From positions 2,834-66,833 of IMG/VR virus record IMGVR_UViG_3300031521_000049: a stretch of DNA of 64,000 nucleotides, one strand, 5' to 3'. Source of the stretch: a virus. Positions 1 through 9,643 of the stretch are shown piece by piece. The translations under genes and the position numbers were made by a program. Numbering within the stretch: the stretch's first letter is position 1; the number at the start of each line of letters is the position of its first letter. The notes beneath the pieces were generated by a model. The model was given only the letters and a program-made list of their open reading frames with translations, was not told the origin of the DNA and did no database searches.

Positions 1-144
1 ACTGCTGACGCTGGTCTTTCGTACACCGTAAAAAGTGATAATGATACTGATCCAATTAATGTTCTTTCAATGCCTGTAACAGCAAAAGTTGATACTTCGC
101 GCACTGCCGGAAGTCAGTTGTATGATATTGTTTTGACAAGATAA
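1..144 (+). CDS. Major tail (tube) protein, C-terminal fragment (runs off window start)
   Basis: Open frame TADAGLSYTVKSDNDTDPINVLSMPVTAKVDTSRTAGSQLYDIVLTR-stop; position directly before tail chaperone and tape measure genes. Confidence 0.65.
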   Translation, partial: TADAGLSYTVKSDNDTDPINVLSMPVTAKVDTSRTAGSQLYDIVLTR

Positions 145-159
145 TAAATAAGGAGTTTT

Positions 160-522
160 TTGATGAACGAGATTATTGACCTTGATATTTTGAAGCCAGC
201 GAAAAAGATTCTCAAATTGAATGGAAAAGAAATTGATGTTTCTTTTATACCAACCGCAATTACTTTTGATATCGATACAATGCTTAGTGAATTGAGAAAC
301 ATATCAAAAAAAGAAATTGAGAAAGGTGAAGAGGAATGTAAAAAAGCATTTGATTTGAGTATTAGGATTTGTGTATCGTTTGCAGAAAATTCTTATACAG
401 AAATGGATTATGATTGGTTTTCAAAAAACACAACCGCACCACAAATAAATGCATTTATCAAGGCAATAGAAGAGGCTCTAGTTGCATCTTACAAAGGAGT
501 TTCTGACTACGGAAAAAAATAG
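160..522 (+). CDS. Tail assembly chaperone (lambda gpG-like)
   Basis: Small ORF two genes before tape measure; AGGAG RBS; ends in slippery GGA AAA AAA TAG. Confidence 0.8.
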   Translation: MMNEIIDLDILKPAKKILKLNGKEIDVSFIPTAITFDIDTMLSELRNISKKEIEKGEEECKKAFDLSIRICVSFAENSYTEMDYDWFSKNTTAPQINAFIKAIEEALVASYKGVSDYGKK

Positions 523-561
523 ATGGAGGCTCGGGTGATGGTAAAACACATCTTGGCCTCC
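513..561 (+). other. Programmed -1 ribosomal frameshift signal
   Basis: A AAA AAA heptamer 513-519, 5-nt spacer, hairpin GGAGGC...GCCTCC 525-561; -1 frame open into ORF 573-833. Confidence 0.8.
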
Positions 562-572
562 TGTTCGTTAAA

Positions 573-833
573 ATGGCTTTAATGTATCCTTGGGCAACAA
601 AAGAATATTTGCTTTGGAAAATGAGTTTAGGTCAGATTATAATGTATCATAATTTAGGATTTGATCAACTTAATCCATCAAAAGAAAACGAAAGTTCTTC
701 TTTAGCCAATATGTCTCATGAAGAATTAAAAAAGATTCGTGATGATATGTTAGCACAAGGATTAATTGAAAAACAAAAAGAAGAAAATTTAAAAAAAGAC
801 GGCAGCGTAATAGAAGAGGAACAAAATGAGTAG
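573..833 (+). CDS. Tail assembly chaperone frameshift extension (gpT-like)
   Basis: In -1 frame relative to 160-522 with no stop between 513 and 573; precedes tape measure. Confidence 0.75.
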   Translation: MALMYPWATKEYLLWKMSLGQIIMYHNLGFDQLNPSKENESSSLANMSHEELKKIRDDMLAQGLIEKQKEENLKKDGSVIEEEQNE

Positions 834-3666
834 TCCTATTGGAGACATGGTCGTCCGCATCGTCGGAGATAATAGTGAACTTGATAAAAGTATTGATAGT
901 TCTCAAACTAAATTAAAAAGCTTTAGTGATACTGCTATTAATCTTGGAACAAAATTATCTCTTGGATTGACCGCCCCAATAGTTGCTGCTGGAATTGCGT
1001 CATTAAAATCTGCTGGACAATTTCAAATGTATCAAGCGTCATTTGAAACAATGCTTGGATCGGCAGAAAAAGCAAAAGCCACGATTGCAGATATGCAAAA
1101 GATGGCAGCAGCAACACCATTTGAATTAGGTGATTTAGCTCAAGCTGGAAAAGTTTTATTGCAATACGGAGTTTCAGCAGACACATTAATGAGTAGAATA
1201 TCTATGCTTGGAGATATTGCTCAGGGTGATGCAAATAAATTAGGTTCTTTGACTTTAGCTTTTGGACAAATGAGCTCAACTGGAAAGTTGATGGGACAGG
1301 ATTTGCTTCAAATGATTAATGCTGGTTTCAATCCATTAAAAGTTATTTCTGATAAAACTGGCGAATCAATGGCATCTCTTAAAGATAGAATGTCAAAAGG
1401 AAAACTTGGTGTTGATGAAGTAACGAACGCTTTTATTTCTGCAACATCAGCTGGTGGTCAATTTTTTGGAGGAATGGAAAAAGCCTCTAAAACATTACCA
1501 GGATTAATCTCAACTCTTCACGACGATGTAAGTACATTAGGTCGATCTTTTGTTGAAGATTTAATGCCGTCTGTTATGGATACAATTAAAGGGTTAAGCT
1601 CGTTCGCTCAAAGTGTAACAGAATTAGATGCACCAACAAAAGCATTTATAGTTACTATGCTTGGATTTGCTGCTGCTGCTGGCCCAGTATCTTTAGGAAT
1701 AGGGTTAATTTCAAAAGCAATGATTTTTTTAGCTGCCAATCCAGTAGTTTTAGCTATTGCCGGAATTGCAGCATTAACCGCTGTTGTAGTTTCTCTTGGT
1801 GTTGCTATTGATAAAGCAAATATGGAAAAACTTTCTGCTGAATACGGAAAGGTTTCTGAAGCATCCGGAATTTCATTAAGAAATATTGAGATGATTGGCG
1901 ACGCATTAGATAGACAACAAAATTTCGGGCCTCCTGATTTTGAATCTACAAAACAACAAGTAAAAGATATTGCAGAATCATTAGGAGTTACGGAAGCGTC
2001 AGTAATTTCTATTGGGCTTGCGAATACAAATGTAACTGATGAATATAGAAAACAACTTCAAACTCTTAAAGATCAAACAATAGTTCTTTCTGCTAATAGA
2101 GATACTGGTGGTGATCTTGAACTTAAAATAAAAAGAGCATTAGAGGCATCCGCAAAGGCAGCAGAAGATGCAAAAACAAAAGAAAAAGATTTGGCAACTC
2201 AAAGAGATACTATTATTGAAGCATATAATGCGAAATTAAAAGAAAACGCTAATCTTGTAAAAGCAGGATTAATGACTCAAGAAGACGCATTAAAAAGTAA
2301 TAATGAAGCATTAACGCAATCAGCAGAAGATATATCTAAACTTGGAATGGTGTCTGCAAAAACAAATATTTTGTTGGCTGGCGCTAAACAAGTAGCATTG
2401 GATAATGCAGATGCCATTAAAAAAGAAAACGCTGAAAAAGAATTGCAAATAGAATATGATAAAGAATATTCTGATTTACTTTCCGGAATAGATACGGTTA
2501 CAGAAGAAAACAATAAAAGAGATATAGAGATTGCCTCTTGGAATGAATATCAAGATAAAAAGATGGTTGCAAACAAAAAGAAAGCTTTTGAAGATATCTA
2601 TTCATCAGCTTGGGATATTGCAAATTCATTAGTTGAACTAAATAAAATACAAGCTCAAAAAGAAATAGATTCTATAAATGAAGTAAGAGACGCAAAAATA
2701 GAAGCTCTTAAAAAAGCTCAACAAGTAGAAACAGATACACTTGAAAAAAGTCATACTGCTCAAACCAATGCCCTTAAAATATTACTTCAAGCTGAAACAG
2801 ATGCTTTTAAGAAAAAACAAGATGATGAAACAAAAGCTATCGATAACGCATTACAGCAAGAATTATTTGATAAAGGGTTGGCAGGAGCAGCAACAGTAGA
2901 TCAATATAAAAAAGAATTGGATGTTGCAATTTCAACTGGCGACTCTATAAAAATAAAAGAGGCTCAAGACGCTTATGATAAATCAGTAATAGAAAAAGAA
3001 TATGCCGATCAGCAAACGGTATTAAAAGCTCAACAAGCTCTTGATGATATAGCGTTGAAGACGAGACAAGCTGCCGACGAAGCTGCTTTAAAGCAAAAAC
3101 AAAAAGATGATGATGTTGCTTTAAAACAAAAACAAACAGATGAACAAGCAGCAATTGAAAAAATAGCTTCTGATAAAACAAGAAAATTAAATTATGATGC
3201 TGCAATGGCTGCATATCAATTAAATATAGCTAGCACAGTTGCGTCTGGTGCAAGAGCAGTAATTGAAACATTTGCAGAACTTGGGTTTACTCCTTGGGGA
3301 ATTGCTGCTGCCGCTTTAATGTCAGCAACAACTATAGCACAGCTAGCAGTTATAGATGCGAATAAACCAAAATTAGCAAACGGAGGAATAATATTACCAA
3401 GTAATGGAGGAACTGATGTCACTGTTGGAGAGGCAGGTCAAGCAGAAGTTGTAATTCCTCTTGATAAATTAGATGCTATGTTAAAAACAGTAGCTCTTAA
3501 TAATTTAAATAAAGAAAGTTATTCAGATAAAAATAGTAACTCAACAAAAGCACAAGCAAATAATATTTTTCAAATTGGTTCTGTTATTGCAAATCCTTCA
3601 GGTCTTCGAGAGCTTAATAGGTTGTTATCTAAATATTCTAATATTGAAACCAAGAGGGTTGGATAA
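826..3666 (+). CDS. Tail tape measure protein
   Basis: 946 aa, Ala/Lys-rich helical; tape-measure motifs (AAATPFEL, GKLMGQDLLQMINAG), hydrophobic segments, 11-aa periodic repeats, C-terminal LANGG..VGEAG.EVVIPL. Confidence 0.95.
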   Translation: MSSPIGDMVVRIVGDNSELDKSIDSSQTKLKSFSDTAINLGTKLSLGLTAPIVAAGIASLKSAGQFQMYQASFETMLGSAEKAKATIADMQKMAAATPFELGDLAQAGKVLLQYGVSADTLMSRISMLGDIAQGDANKLGSLTLAFGQMSSTGKLMGQDLLQMINAGFNPLKVISDKTGESMASLKDRMSKGKLGVDEVTNAFISATSAGGQFFGGMEKASKTLPGLISTLHDDVSTLGRSFVEDLMPSVMDTIKGLSSFAQSVTELDAPTKAFIVTMLGFAAAAGPVSLGIGLISKAMIFLAANPVVLAIAGIAALTAVVVSLGVAIDKANMEKLSAEYGKVSEASGISLRNIEMIGDALDRQQNFGPPDFESTKQQVKDIAESLGVTEASVISIGLANTNVTDEYRKQLQTLKDQTIVLSANRDTGGDLELKIKRALEASAKAAEDAKTKEKDLATQRDTIIEAYNAKLKENANLVKAGLMTQEDALKSNNEALTQSAEDISKLGMVSAKTNILLAGAKQVALDNADAIKKENAEKELQIEYDKEYSDLLSGIDTVTEENNKRDIEIASWNEYQDKKMVANKKKAFEDIYSSAWDIANSLVELNKIQAQKEIDSINEVRDAKIEALKKAQQVETDTLEKSHTAQTNALKILLQAETDAFKKKQDDETKAIDNALQQELFDKGLAGAATVDQYKKELDVAISTGDSIKIKEAQDAYDKSVIEKEYADQQTVLKAQQALDDIALKTRQAADEAALKQKQKDDDVALKQKQTDEQAAIEKIASDKTRKLNYDAAMAAYQLNIASTVASGARAVIETFAELGFTPWGIAAAALMSATTIAQLAVIDANKPKLANGGIILPSNGGTDVTVGEAGQAEVVIPLDKLDAMLKTVALNNLNKESYSDKNSNSTKAQANNIFQIGSVIANPSGLRELNRLLSKYSNIETKRVG

Positions 3667-4031
3667 TGAAAGGTGATATACAAATAAATGATATTCTTTT
3701 TACTGCGAACGGATATACAAAATTAACTGAAGGGTTTGTAAGTTTTGAAATAAAAAATAGAACTATAAATAATACTCTTGTTAGTGATTTTTTGAATATT
3801 AAAAAAACATTTGAAATATCATGGGAAAATTGTTCTTTGTCTGGTGATTTATTAGATCAATTTATTGCTCTATATATAAGCGATTCTGATATTACTTTTA
3901 TAAAAACTAATTATGATCTAACAGAATCAACTTACATATGTAGATTAAGCATGTCTGAATCTTTTTTAAGAGATTATGAAAAAGATAATTATTCTTATAA
4001 TGGCGTTAAGATAAAACTTGAGGAAGTATGA
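3666..4031 (+). CDS. Putative distal tail protein
   Basis: Translationally coupled after tape measure; RTINNTLVSD..KKTFEISW pattern typical of small Dit-like proteins. Confidence 0.55.
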   Translation: MKGDIQINDILFTANGYTKLTEGFVSFEIKNRTINNTLVSDFLNIKKTFEISWENCSLSGDLLDQFIALYISDSDITFIKTNYDLTESTYICRLSMSESFLRDYEKDNYSYNGVKIKLEEV

Positions 4032-5152
4032 TAACAGTACCAAGTTCATTAAAAACAAAAATACAAAAACTCAGAGGAAGAAAACTTCAAGCAAGATGTC
4101 GTTTCGATTTCTCAGACACATCTATAGATAATACAATAATAGGATATAGCAATAATAAAAATAAAATAAGTTATTATTCTCAGCTTTATAATGGAAAAGA
4201 AGACGTTTCTCAAAAATGGATGTCTTTAGACGGATCAAGTAAACTAGATGGAACATATCATCTAGCTCCAGAAACAGAATCAGGTATTGAAAAATATGAA
4301 ATGGGTTGGTGGAGTGAAGATTTATCAGGAGACAATGGAGATTTTAAAACTCATAAAGCAAAAGCTTTTAAAAAAAGAAGTTTTGGAAGATATTCATTTG
4401 GACTAAATATAAACCCTCCATCTGTTTTTGTTAATTTTACACCAAGACAAGTTCAAGAAATAAATATTTCTTTTGATAATGCAAGATTAGAATATGCTGT
4501 TGATTTCGACGTAATTTTTTATGATATAAATAATGCAATAATAGATTCTCATTCTGTTGTAGGAAATTCTGGATTAAAATATAATACATCTATAACTCCT
4601 ATATTAGCTATTTGCATAATGGAACTTAAAATAAAAAAATGGAATGAAGTTCATAGAAACGCTAAAGTGGCAGAAATGTATACCATGATTTCTATGATGA
4701 TAAGCGGAAGCGACATAATAAGCTTGCAAGTTATAGAGGATAGAGAATTATCTGATAAAAGTTTGCCAGTTGGTACTACAGCTTCTGGAACTTGTGTTGT
4801 AGAGTTTTATAATAGATCTAGACTTTTTGATTGGAATAATAAAGAATCTAGGCTTTATAATTTTGTAAGAAAAGGTGTTAAAATGTTCCCTGAAATTGGA
4901 GACGGCATCAATTGGATTCCAATGGGAACATTTTATGTTGAAGAATGGGACATTCCTGTTCAAGATATAGTTGTAACTGCAACAGGATTAGATTTAATGG
5001 CGTCATTGGATGATTCTGAATATACAACGAGTGCCGCAATAACCGCTCCTAACGATCAAACATTTTTAATAGATACAAATGTTGAATGGATATCAGCAAC
5101 ATTAAACGGAACTCAAGCCGTAGGAAATACATTAATGATGAGGTTTACATGA
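4028..5152 (+). CDS. Tail tip/baseplate protein
   Basis: Position in tail operon; beta-rich; WIPMGTFYVEEW hub-like segment. Confidence 0.6.
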   Translation: MITVPSSLKTKIQKLRGRKLQARCRFDFSDTSIDNTIIGYSNNKNKISYYSQLYNGKEDVSQKWMSLDGSSKLDGTYHLAPETESGIEKYEMGWWSEDLSGDNGDFKTHKAKAFKKRSFGRYSFGLNINPPSVFVNFTPRQVQEINISFDNARLEYAVDFDVIFYDINNAIIDSHSVVGNSGLKYNTSITPILAICIMELKIKKWNEVHRNAKVAEMYTMISMMISGSDIISLQVIEDRELSDKSLPVGTTASGTCVVEFYNRSRLFDWNNKESRLYNFVRKGVKMFPEIGDGINWIPMGTFYVEEWDIPVQDIVVTATGLDLMASLDDSEYTTSAAITAPNDQTFLIDTNVEWISATLNGTQAVGNTLMMRFT

Positions 5153-6378
5153 GCTCTTTAGGAACGTGCGCCTTAAACACTTGCGCTTTTAAATCTCAAT
5201 ATTATATAGGTATATGGCAAGATGCTTTACCTTTTACTTATGAGGCTGGAGCAACAGTTTATATAACGGCATCTATGGTTGCATCAATACCAATGGGAAC
5301 AAAAGTTCTTTTGTATTGTAGCGAAGATTCTATAACTTGGACTCAAATTAATTTAAATCAAGTAACTTATGTTACTTTTACTAGTAGTTTTTCTGGATCG
5401 TCTCTGTTATATGTTAAGCTTGAATTATATTCGTATAATTCATTAGCATCTCCAATTATTACTTCTTTAAATATATTTATCCATCAAGAAACATCTTTAT
5501 ATACTATAGCAATACAGGTTTTATCTGATGGCCTTACAAGTAGAAATGTATCTTGGAATGTTGATACTGAGTTGCAAAAATATAAAATACCGTATGCTTG
5601 GTTAAAAACAATGACCCATAGAAAAGCATTAGCTCAAATATCAGAAGCTGCTGGAGGAGTCGCATATCAAGATAGAAATGGAATTATAAGAATAGAAGCT
5701 GGAAATTATATAGAAAGAAAAGAAGGAGGAGTTGCGGTTGATACGATAAATGAAGATAGAATATTTGAAATGAGCTCTCCTGTTGCAGCAGCAGCAAATA
5801 AAGTTCAAATAACAACTCTTCCTTATGTAGCTCAATCTAATCAAGTGATATGGACTTTAAGCGGAACAAATACTTTAGTTGCAGGAGAACAAAAAACATA
5901 TAATGTAAATTATTCGGATTGGGAAGCTGTTATTGATGCAACAGCATCTTTAACTGGAACAGGAGCATCAATAATAGCTAGTGTCTATAGATTTGGAGGA
6001 GCTGATATTACTATTTCTGCTTCTGTCAATGTAACTATAACATTAAATATTTCTGGCAAACCATTAAAAATAGTTGGAAGTCAAGTCGTAACAGAAACAG
6101 ATGGTGATAGTATAAGGAGATATGGAATAAAAATATTATCAATAAATGAAAATAATTTAATTCAATCAACAGAAATATCCGAAGCAATTGCAGAAGATAT
6201 AATAAATATAACAAAAAATCCAAACAGAAATATAGAAATTTTATGGAGAGGAGACCCAACAGACGAACTTGGAGACATTGTTAAAGTTATTGATAACAAC
6301 GCAGTAATAGTTTCGCAAGAATTTGAATTGAGTGGAAACGGGTTTAACACAAAAACAAAATTAAGGAGGCTAGGATAA
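5149..6378 (+). CDS. Tail tip/baseplate hub protein
   Basis: Start re-set to ATG 5149 (ATGA overlap); YQDRNGIIR, SIRRYG and RGDPTDELGDIV hub motifs. Confidence 0.65.
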   Translation: MSSLGTCALNTCAFKSQYYIGIWQDALPFTYEAGATVYITASMVASIPMGTKVLLYCSEDSITWTQINLNQVTYVTFTSSFSGSSLLYVKLELYSYNSLASPIITSLNIFIHQETSLYTIAIQVLSDGLTSRNVSWNVDTELQKYKIPYAWLKTMTHRKALAQISEAAGGVAYQDRNGIIRIEAGNYIERKEGGVAVDTINEDRIFEMSSPVAAAANKVQITTLPYVAQSNQVIWTLSGTNTLVAGEQKTYNVNYSDWEAVIDATASLTGTGASIIASVYRFGGADITISASVNVTITLNISGKPLKIVGSQVVTETDGDSIRRYGIKILSINENNLIQSTEISEAIAEDIINITKNPNRNIEILWRGDPTDELGDIVKVIDNNAVIVSQEFELSGNGFNTKTKLRRLG

Positions 6379-6379
6379 T

Positions 6380-6925
6380 ATGGCTCGAATATGGATAACG
6401 CCGGAACTTGGATGGAACGATAAGGACGCGCCTGTAGGTTCTGATTTTGTAAGATTAGAAAGTAATGATCTTTGTAATCATGAATTAATATCAGAAGAAT
6501 CTACAACAAGAGGAAATACAGATACTGCTTTACAGAATAGTATAAATTCGATAAACAACACAACAGGAAATGGAAGTGGACAGAGACCATTAAGTAATGG
6601 TGTTGTAAATACAAATTTTAATGCAGATATGGTTGACGGATATCATGTTGGTCACAATCCTGATCAAATTCCAGTTAGTGATGGAAATATTAATGCTAAT
6701 CTTAGCGCCTCTTATGCTGAAAATGCAAGAATTGCTGTTTTTGCAGATGAATCGGAAACCTCAAGAAGAACAGACAGAGTGAATATGTGGATATATCCAC
6801 ATATTTTTCCTGGTGGGTATGCTATGGTGTCATATGGATCGGGAGCATTTACTATTTCAGAGCTACCTTCAGGTCAAGTCCCGGTTGGTTATGTATATAT
6901 CGCACTTGTTGATATGTTTTCATAA
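6380..6925 (+). CDS. Tail fibre/adaptor protein
   Basis: W.TP..GW...D....DF.R.E.N N-terminus and NADMVDGYH motif typical of fibre proteins. Confidence 0.6.
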   Translation: MARIWITPELGWNDKDAPVGSDFVRLESNDLCNHELISEESTTRGNTDTALQNSINSINNTTGNGSGQRPLSNGVVNTNFNADMVDGYHVGHNPDQIPVSDGNINANLSASYAENARIAVFADESETSRRTDRVNMWIYPHIFPGGYAMVSYGSGAFTISELPSGQVPVGYVYIALVDMFS

Positions 6926-6962
6926 TAATTTTATAAATATAAATAATTAAAGGAGAAAACAA

Positions 6963-7922
6963 ATGAGATACAATTTTTTAGCGGCTGGTTATTCTATAGT
7001 TGATGAATTACTTAATAGAGCAAGTTCTACATCATTAAGAATTGGACACGATTTAATAAAAGCGAGTGCATTTGAAATATGGACTGGAGTAGGAAAGACT
7101 GGAACAAAACTTACACTTACGACAGATTATACTTTAACTGATTTGGATGCAGATGCAACAACAGATGTAGGAACAAATATTTATACTAAAGTTTCTATTG
7201 TAAATGGTGCTTATCTTAACACAAATTTATATCTGACTTATACAACTGTTGGAGATTTAGATAGTATTGAAAATATTATGGAAATATCTAATGGCATAAC
7301 TGTAGTTACTGGCAACTATACTATACTTGGAACAGATAAAAAAATAGTTGTTAATACGGCAAGCGCAATTAGTTTGACTATTACGGAAGGTCTTTCTTTG
7401 TATAAAGACATAGAAATACAAAGAATAGTAGCATCAACAAATGCCATTACTTTGTTGCGTTCTGGGTCTGAAACAATTGATGGGGCGACGAGTTTTATAA
7501 CTCATGGAGCATTAACGGCATCAACACTAAATCCAGAAGTTGTGCGAATAACAAAAACAAGTTCAACGACATGGAAATGGGTTGCAGGAGTTGTCATGGC
7601 AAATATTGGTACAGGAATAACAAGAAAAAATCCAAGCGGATTTCATGTTGCGTATTATACAGGAACAACTCCAGCAACAGCAGGAACAGCTATAAATTTT
7701 GATACGGGAATAGCACAAGCAAAAGTGGTAGATATTCAAGGATCATATATAACTGGCCCCGGTGTATTGATTCCGTTTTACTATTTGGATGAAGCGTTAT
7801 CAAGAACATATAAAGTTAATGGTTTCGTAACTAATATTGGATATTATTATTTGTACGCCGACACTTCTTGTACAGTTGGATTGAGCAGGCCGTTTAAATG
7901 TAATATACGATATATAGATTAG
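6963..7922 (+). CDS. Tail fibre / receptor-binding protein
   Basis: Thr/Gly-rich beta protein with ETIDG motif; last tail gene; AAGGAG RBS. Confidence 0.6.
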   Translation: MRYNFLAAGYSIVDELLNRASSTSLRIGHDLIKASAFEIWTGVGKTGTKLTLTTDYTLTDLDADATTDVGTNIYTKVSIVNGAYLNTNLYLTYTTVGDLDSIENIMEISNGITVVTGNYTILGTDKKIVVNTASAISLTITEGLSLYKDIEIQRIVASTNAITLLRSGSETIDGATSFITHGALTASTLNPEVVRITKTSSTTWKWVAGVVMANIGTGITRKNPSGFHVAYYTGTTPATAGTAINFDTGIAQAKVVDIQGSYITGPGVLIPFYYLDEALSRTYKVNGFVTNIGYYYLYADTSCTVGLSRPFKCNIRYID

Positions 7923-7931
7923 GAATGATAA

Positions 7932-8276
7932 ATGAAAATATTAGAATTTATTAAAAGCATAAGTCCTGAAATCGCAACAGCAATTATAATAGCATTTATT
8001 TTTTGGTTTTCAAATGAAGTTAAAAAATTCATGAAACTTATTAACACAATTACATCAATGGCGAATGACATCAAAGAAATAAGAGGATTGATGCCTCATG
8101 TTTTTAAAAGGCTCGATGCTCAAGATTATTCGACAAAAGAATTATTTTCAGCTCTTAAAAACCAAAGAGTTAATGGAGAAGCGGAAGCTGCTATAAAATT
8201 AATGAATGAAGCAAAAAACGAATCTGATTGTTTTATGAGTAATCTTCTTTTTGAAGATAGGAGAAAAGCAAAATGA
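7932..8276 (+). CDS. Membrane protein, holin/antiholin-like
   Basis: Single N-terminal TM (IATAIIIAFIFWF) plus helical tail; first gene of lysis cassette. Confidence 0.45.
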   Translation: MKILEFIKSISPEIATAIIIAFIFWFSNEVKKFMKLINTITSMANDIKEIRGLMPHVFKRLDAQDYSTKELFSALKNQRVNGEAEAAIKLMNEAKNESDCFMSNLLFEDRRKAK

Positions 8277-8770
8277 AAATAACATGGAATAGAGACAAAG
8301 AAGATTTAGAATTTGGTGGCATTCATTTTAAAGTTTGGTGTCATGTAAGAAATGAAATCGATCCTTTGTATGTCCGCAAGCTTCATGATCCGAAAGAAGT
8401 TGTTTATGCAATAGTAAATAGCATTCAAACCGACAAACCATATATGCCAAGAAAATTTCCAAAAGGAACATTTGAAATATATGCTGTTGAAGAAGTTTCT
8501 ACCGATCCAAAACAAAAAGACTTCTGGCCTATAAAAATAAAAACCAATGCCGATCATGATGTTGAGCTTTGGGATTTAGATCCAATTACAAAAGGGTACG
8601 AAAAAGGAACAGGAATATTCATTAAAGATGGATGCTTATGGATTCATTTTTCTTGGTCAGGAACTACACTTGGGTGTGGTCGAGTAGAGACCGAAAAACA
8701 AGTTCGTAAATTAGGAAAAATGATTCAAGACGCTTTGTCTAAAGGAAAGGTATATTTGGAGGTTATATGA
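8273..8770 (+). CDS. Putative endolysin, L,D-transpeptidase-fold (YkuD/Tlde1/DUF5675-like) cysteine peptidase
   Basis: WIHFSWSGTTLGCGRV = His...T-x-G-C-x-R catalytic motif; upstream PKGT motif; lies between two membrane genes. Confidence 0.65.
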   Translation: MKITWNRDKEDLEFGGIHFKVWCHVRNEIDPLYVRKLHDPKEVVYAIVNSIQTDKPYMPRKFPKGTFEIYAVEEVSTDPKQKDFWPIKIKTNADHDVELWDLDPITKGYEKGTGIFIKDGCLWIHFSWSGTTLGCGRVETEKQVRKLGKMIQDALSKGKVYLEVI

Positions 8771-9108
8771 AAAAAGCATGGAAAAAGATTTTTGATTTTG
8801 CCGATGATGTCTTAGCTTATATTTTAACATTAGTTTGCATAATGTTTTCAAATGTAGTTCCTATGATTGGAGGAACTGATCCAATAATTATAGATGTTAG
8901 TATTGCAAGAATTGTAGGTTCTGCACTTGTTGCTTTGCTTTTAACTTTATGGCAAGAATATAATCGACCTGATGAAACTGGCGATAAAGTAAAATCAAAA
9001 GAAGGTAAAAAGAAAAGGTTTTTGCAACGAATGATAAATGCTATGATTTTTGGTCTTGGTGCATCAGAAATAATGAACAAGATTTTATCAACAGTAACTA
9101 TAGGATAA
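8767..9108 (+). CDS. Holin
   Basis: 113 aa, 2-3 hydrophobic helices with charged loop, adjacent to endolysin. Confidence 0.6.
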   Translation: MKKAWKKIFDFADDVLAYILTLVCIMFSNVVPMIGGTDPIIIDVSIARIVGSALVALLLTLWQEYNRPDETGDKVKSKEGKKKRFLQRMINAMIFGLGASEIMNKILSTVTIG

Positions 9109-9114
9109 GGTAAA

Positions 9115-9555
9115 ATGAATGAAACAATTAGAAAGATTATTATTTGTATTGTTGTTTGTATCACTTGTTTTTCAACAGGGTTTATTTTGTCAAACCGTAT
9201 CTCCGAAGCAGGATATAATAAATCAATTATCGGATTGTCAAAATCGATTGCTGACAGTAAAGTTATCAATGACAACCTTACAAGAACAAATAAGGAACTT
9301 GGAAAACTTAATATTCAATTTGAAACTAGAATTGGAGAACTCGAACAACGAATCTCAGAAGATAGTAGCAGATTTACAAAACTCCAACAGCAACTATCAG
9401 ATTCAAATAAAAGAAATCAAGAACTTATTAATGGAATCTCAATTGCTATTGGAACAATCGAAAACGGACTTGGCGAATCAGGAGATATTATCCAAGAAGT
9501 TATCGGACGCATTGACAAAATTAAACTCCTCATACAACAGCTTAAAAGTAATTAA
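9115..9555 (+). CDS. Inner-membrane spanin-like (Rz-like) coiled-coil protein
   Basis: N-terminal TM then long heptad-rich region; end of lysis cassette. Confidence 0.6.
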   Translation: MNETIRKIIICIVVCITCFSTGFILSNRISEAGYNKSIIGLSKSIADSKVINDNLTRTNKELGKLNIQFETRIGELEQRISEDSSRFTKLQQQLSDSNKRNQELINGISIAIGTIENGLGESGDIIQEVIGRIDKIKLLIQQLKSN

Positions 9556-9643
9556 TAAAATTTTGATTGTAGTTGGTGGTTGTTTAGGTGGATATATTTT
9601 AGTTGATAAAGGAATTATAGAAAATAAATTTGGTTGGTTTTAA
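9119..9643 (+). CDS. Overlapping spanin-like coiled-coil protein (+1 frame)
   Basis: Signal-like N-terminus ending GLFC, coiled coil, C-terminal hydrophobic segment ending GWF; 174-codon open frame overlapping 9115-9555. Confidence 0.55.
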   Translation: MKQLERLLFVLLFVSLVFQQGLFCQTVSPKQDIINQLSDCQNRLLTVKLSMTTLQEQIRNLENLIFNLKLELENSNNESQKIVADLQNSNSNYQIQIKEIKNLLMESQLLLEQSKTDLANQEILSKKLSDALTKLNSSYNSLKVINKILIVVGGCLGGYILVDKGIIENKFGWF

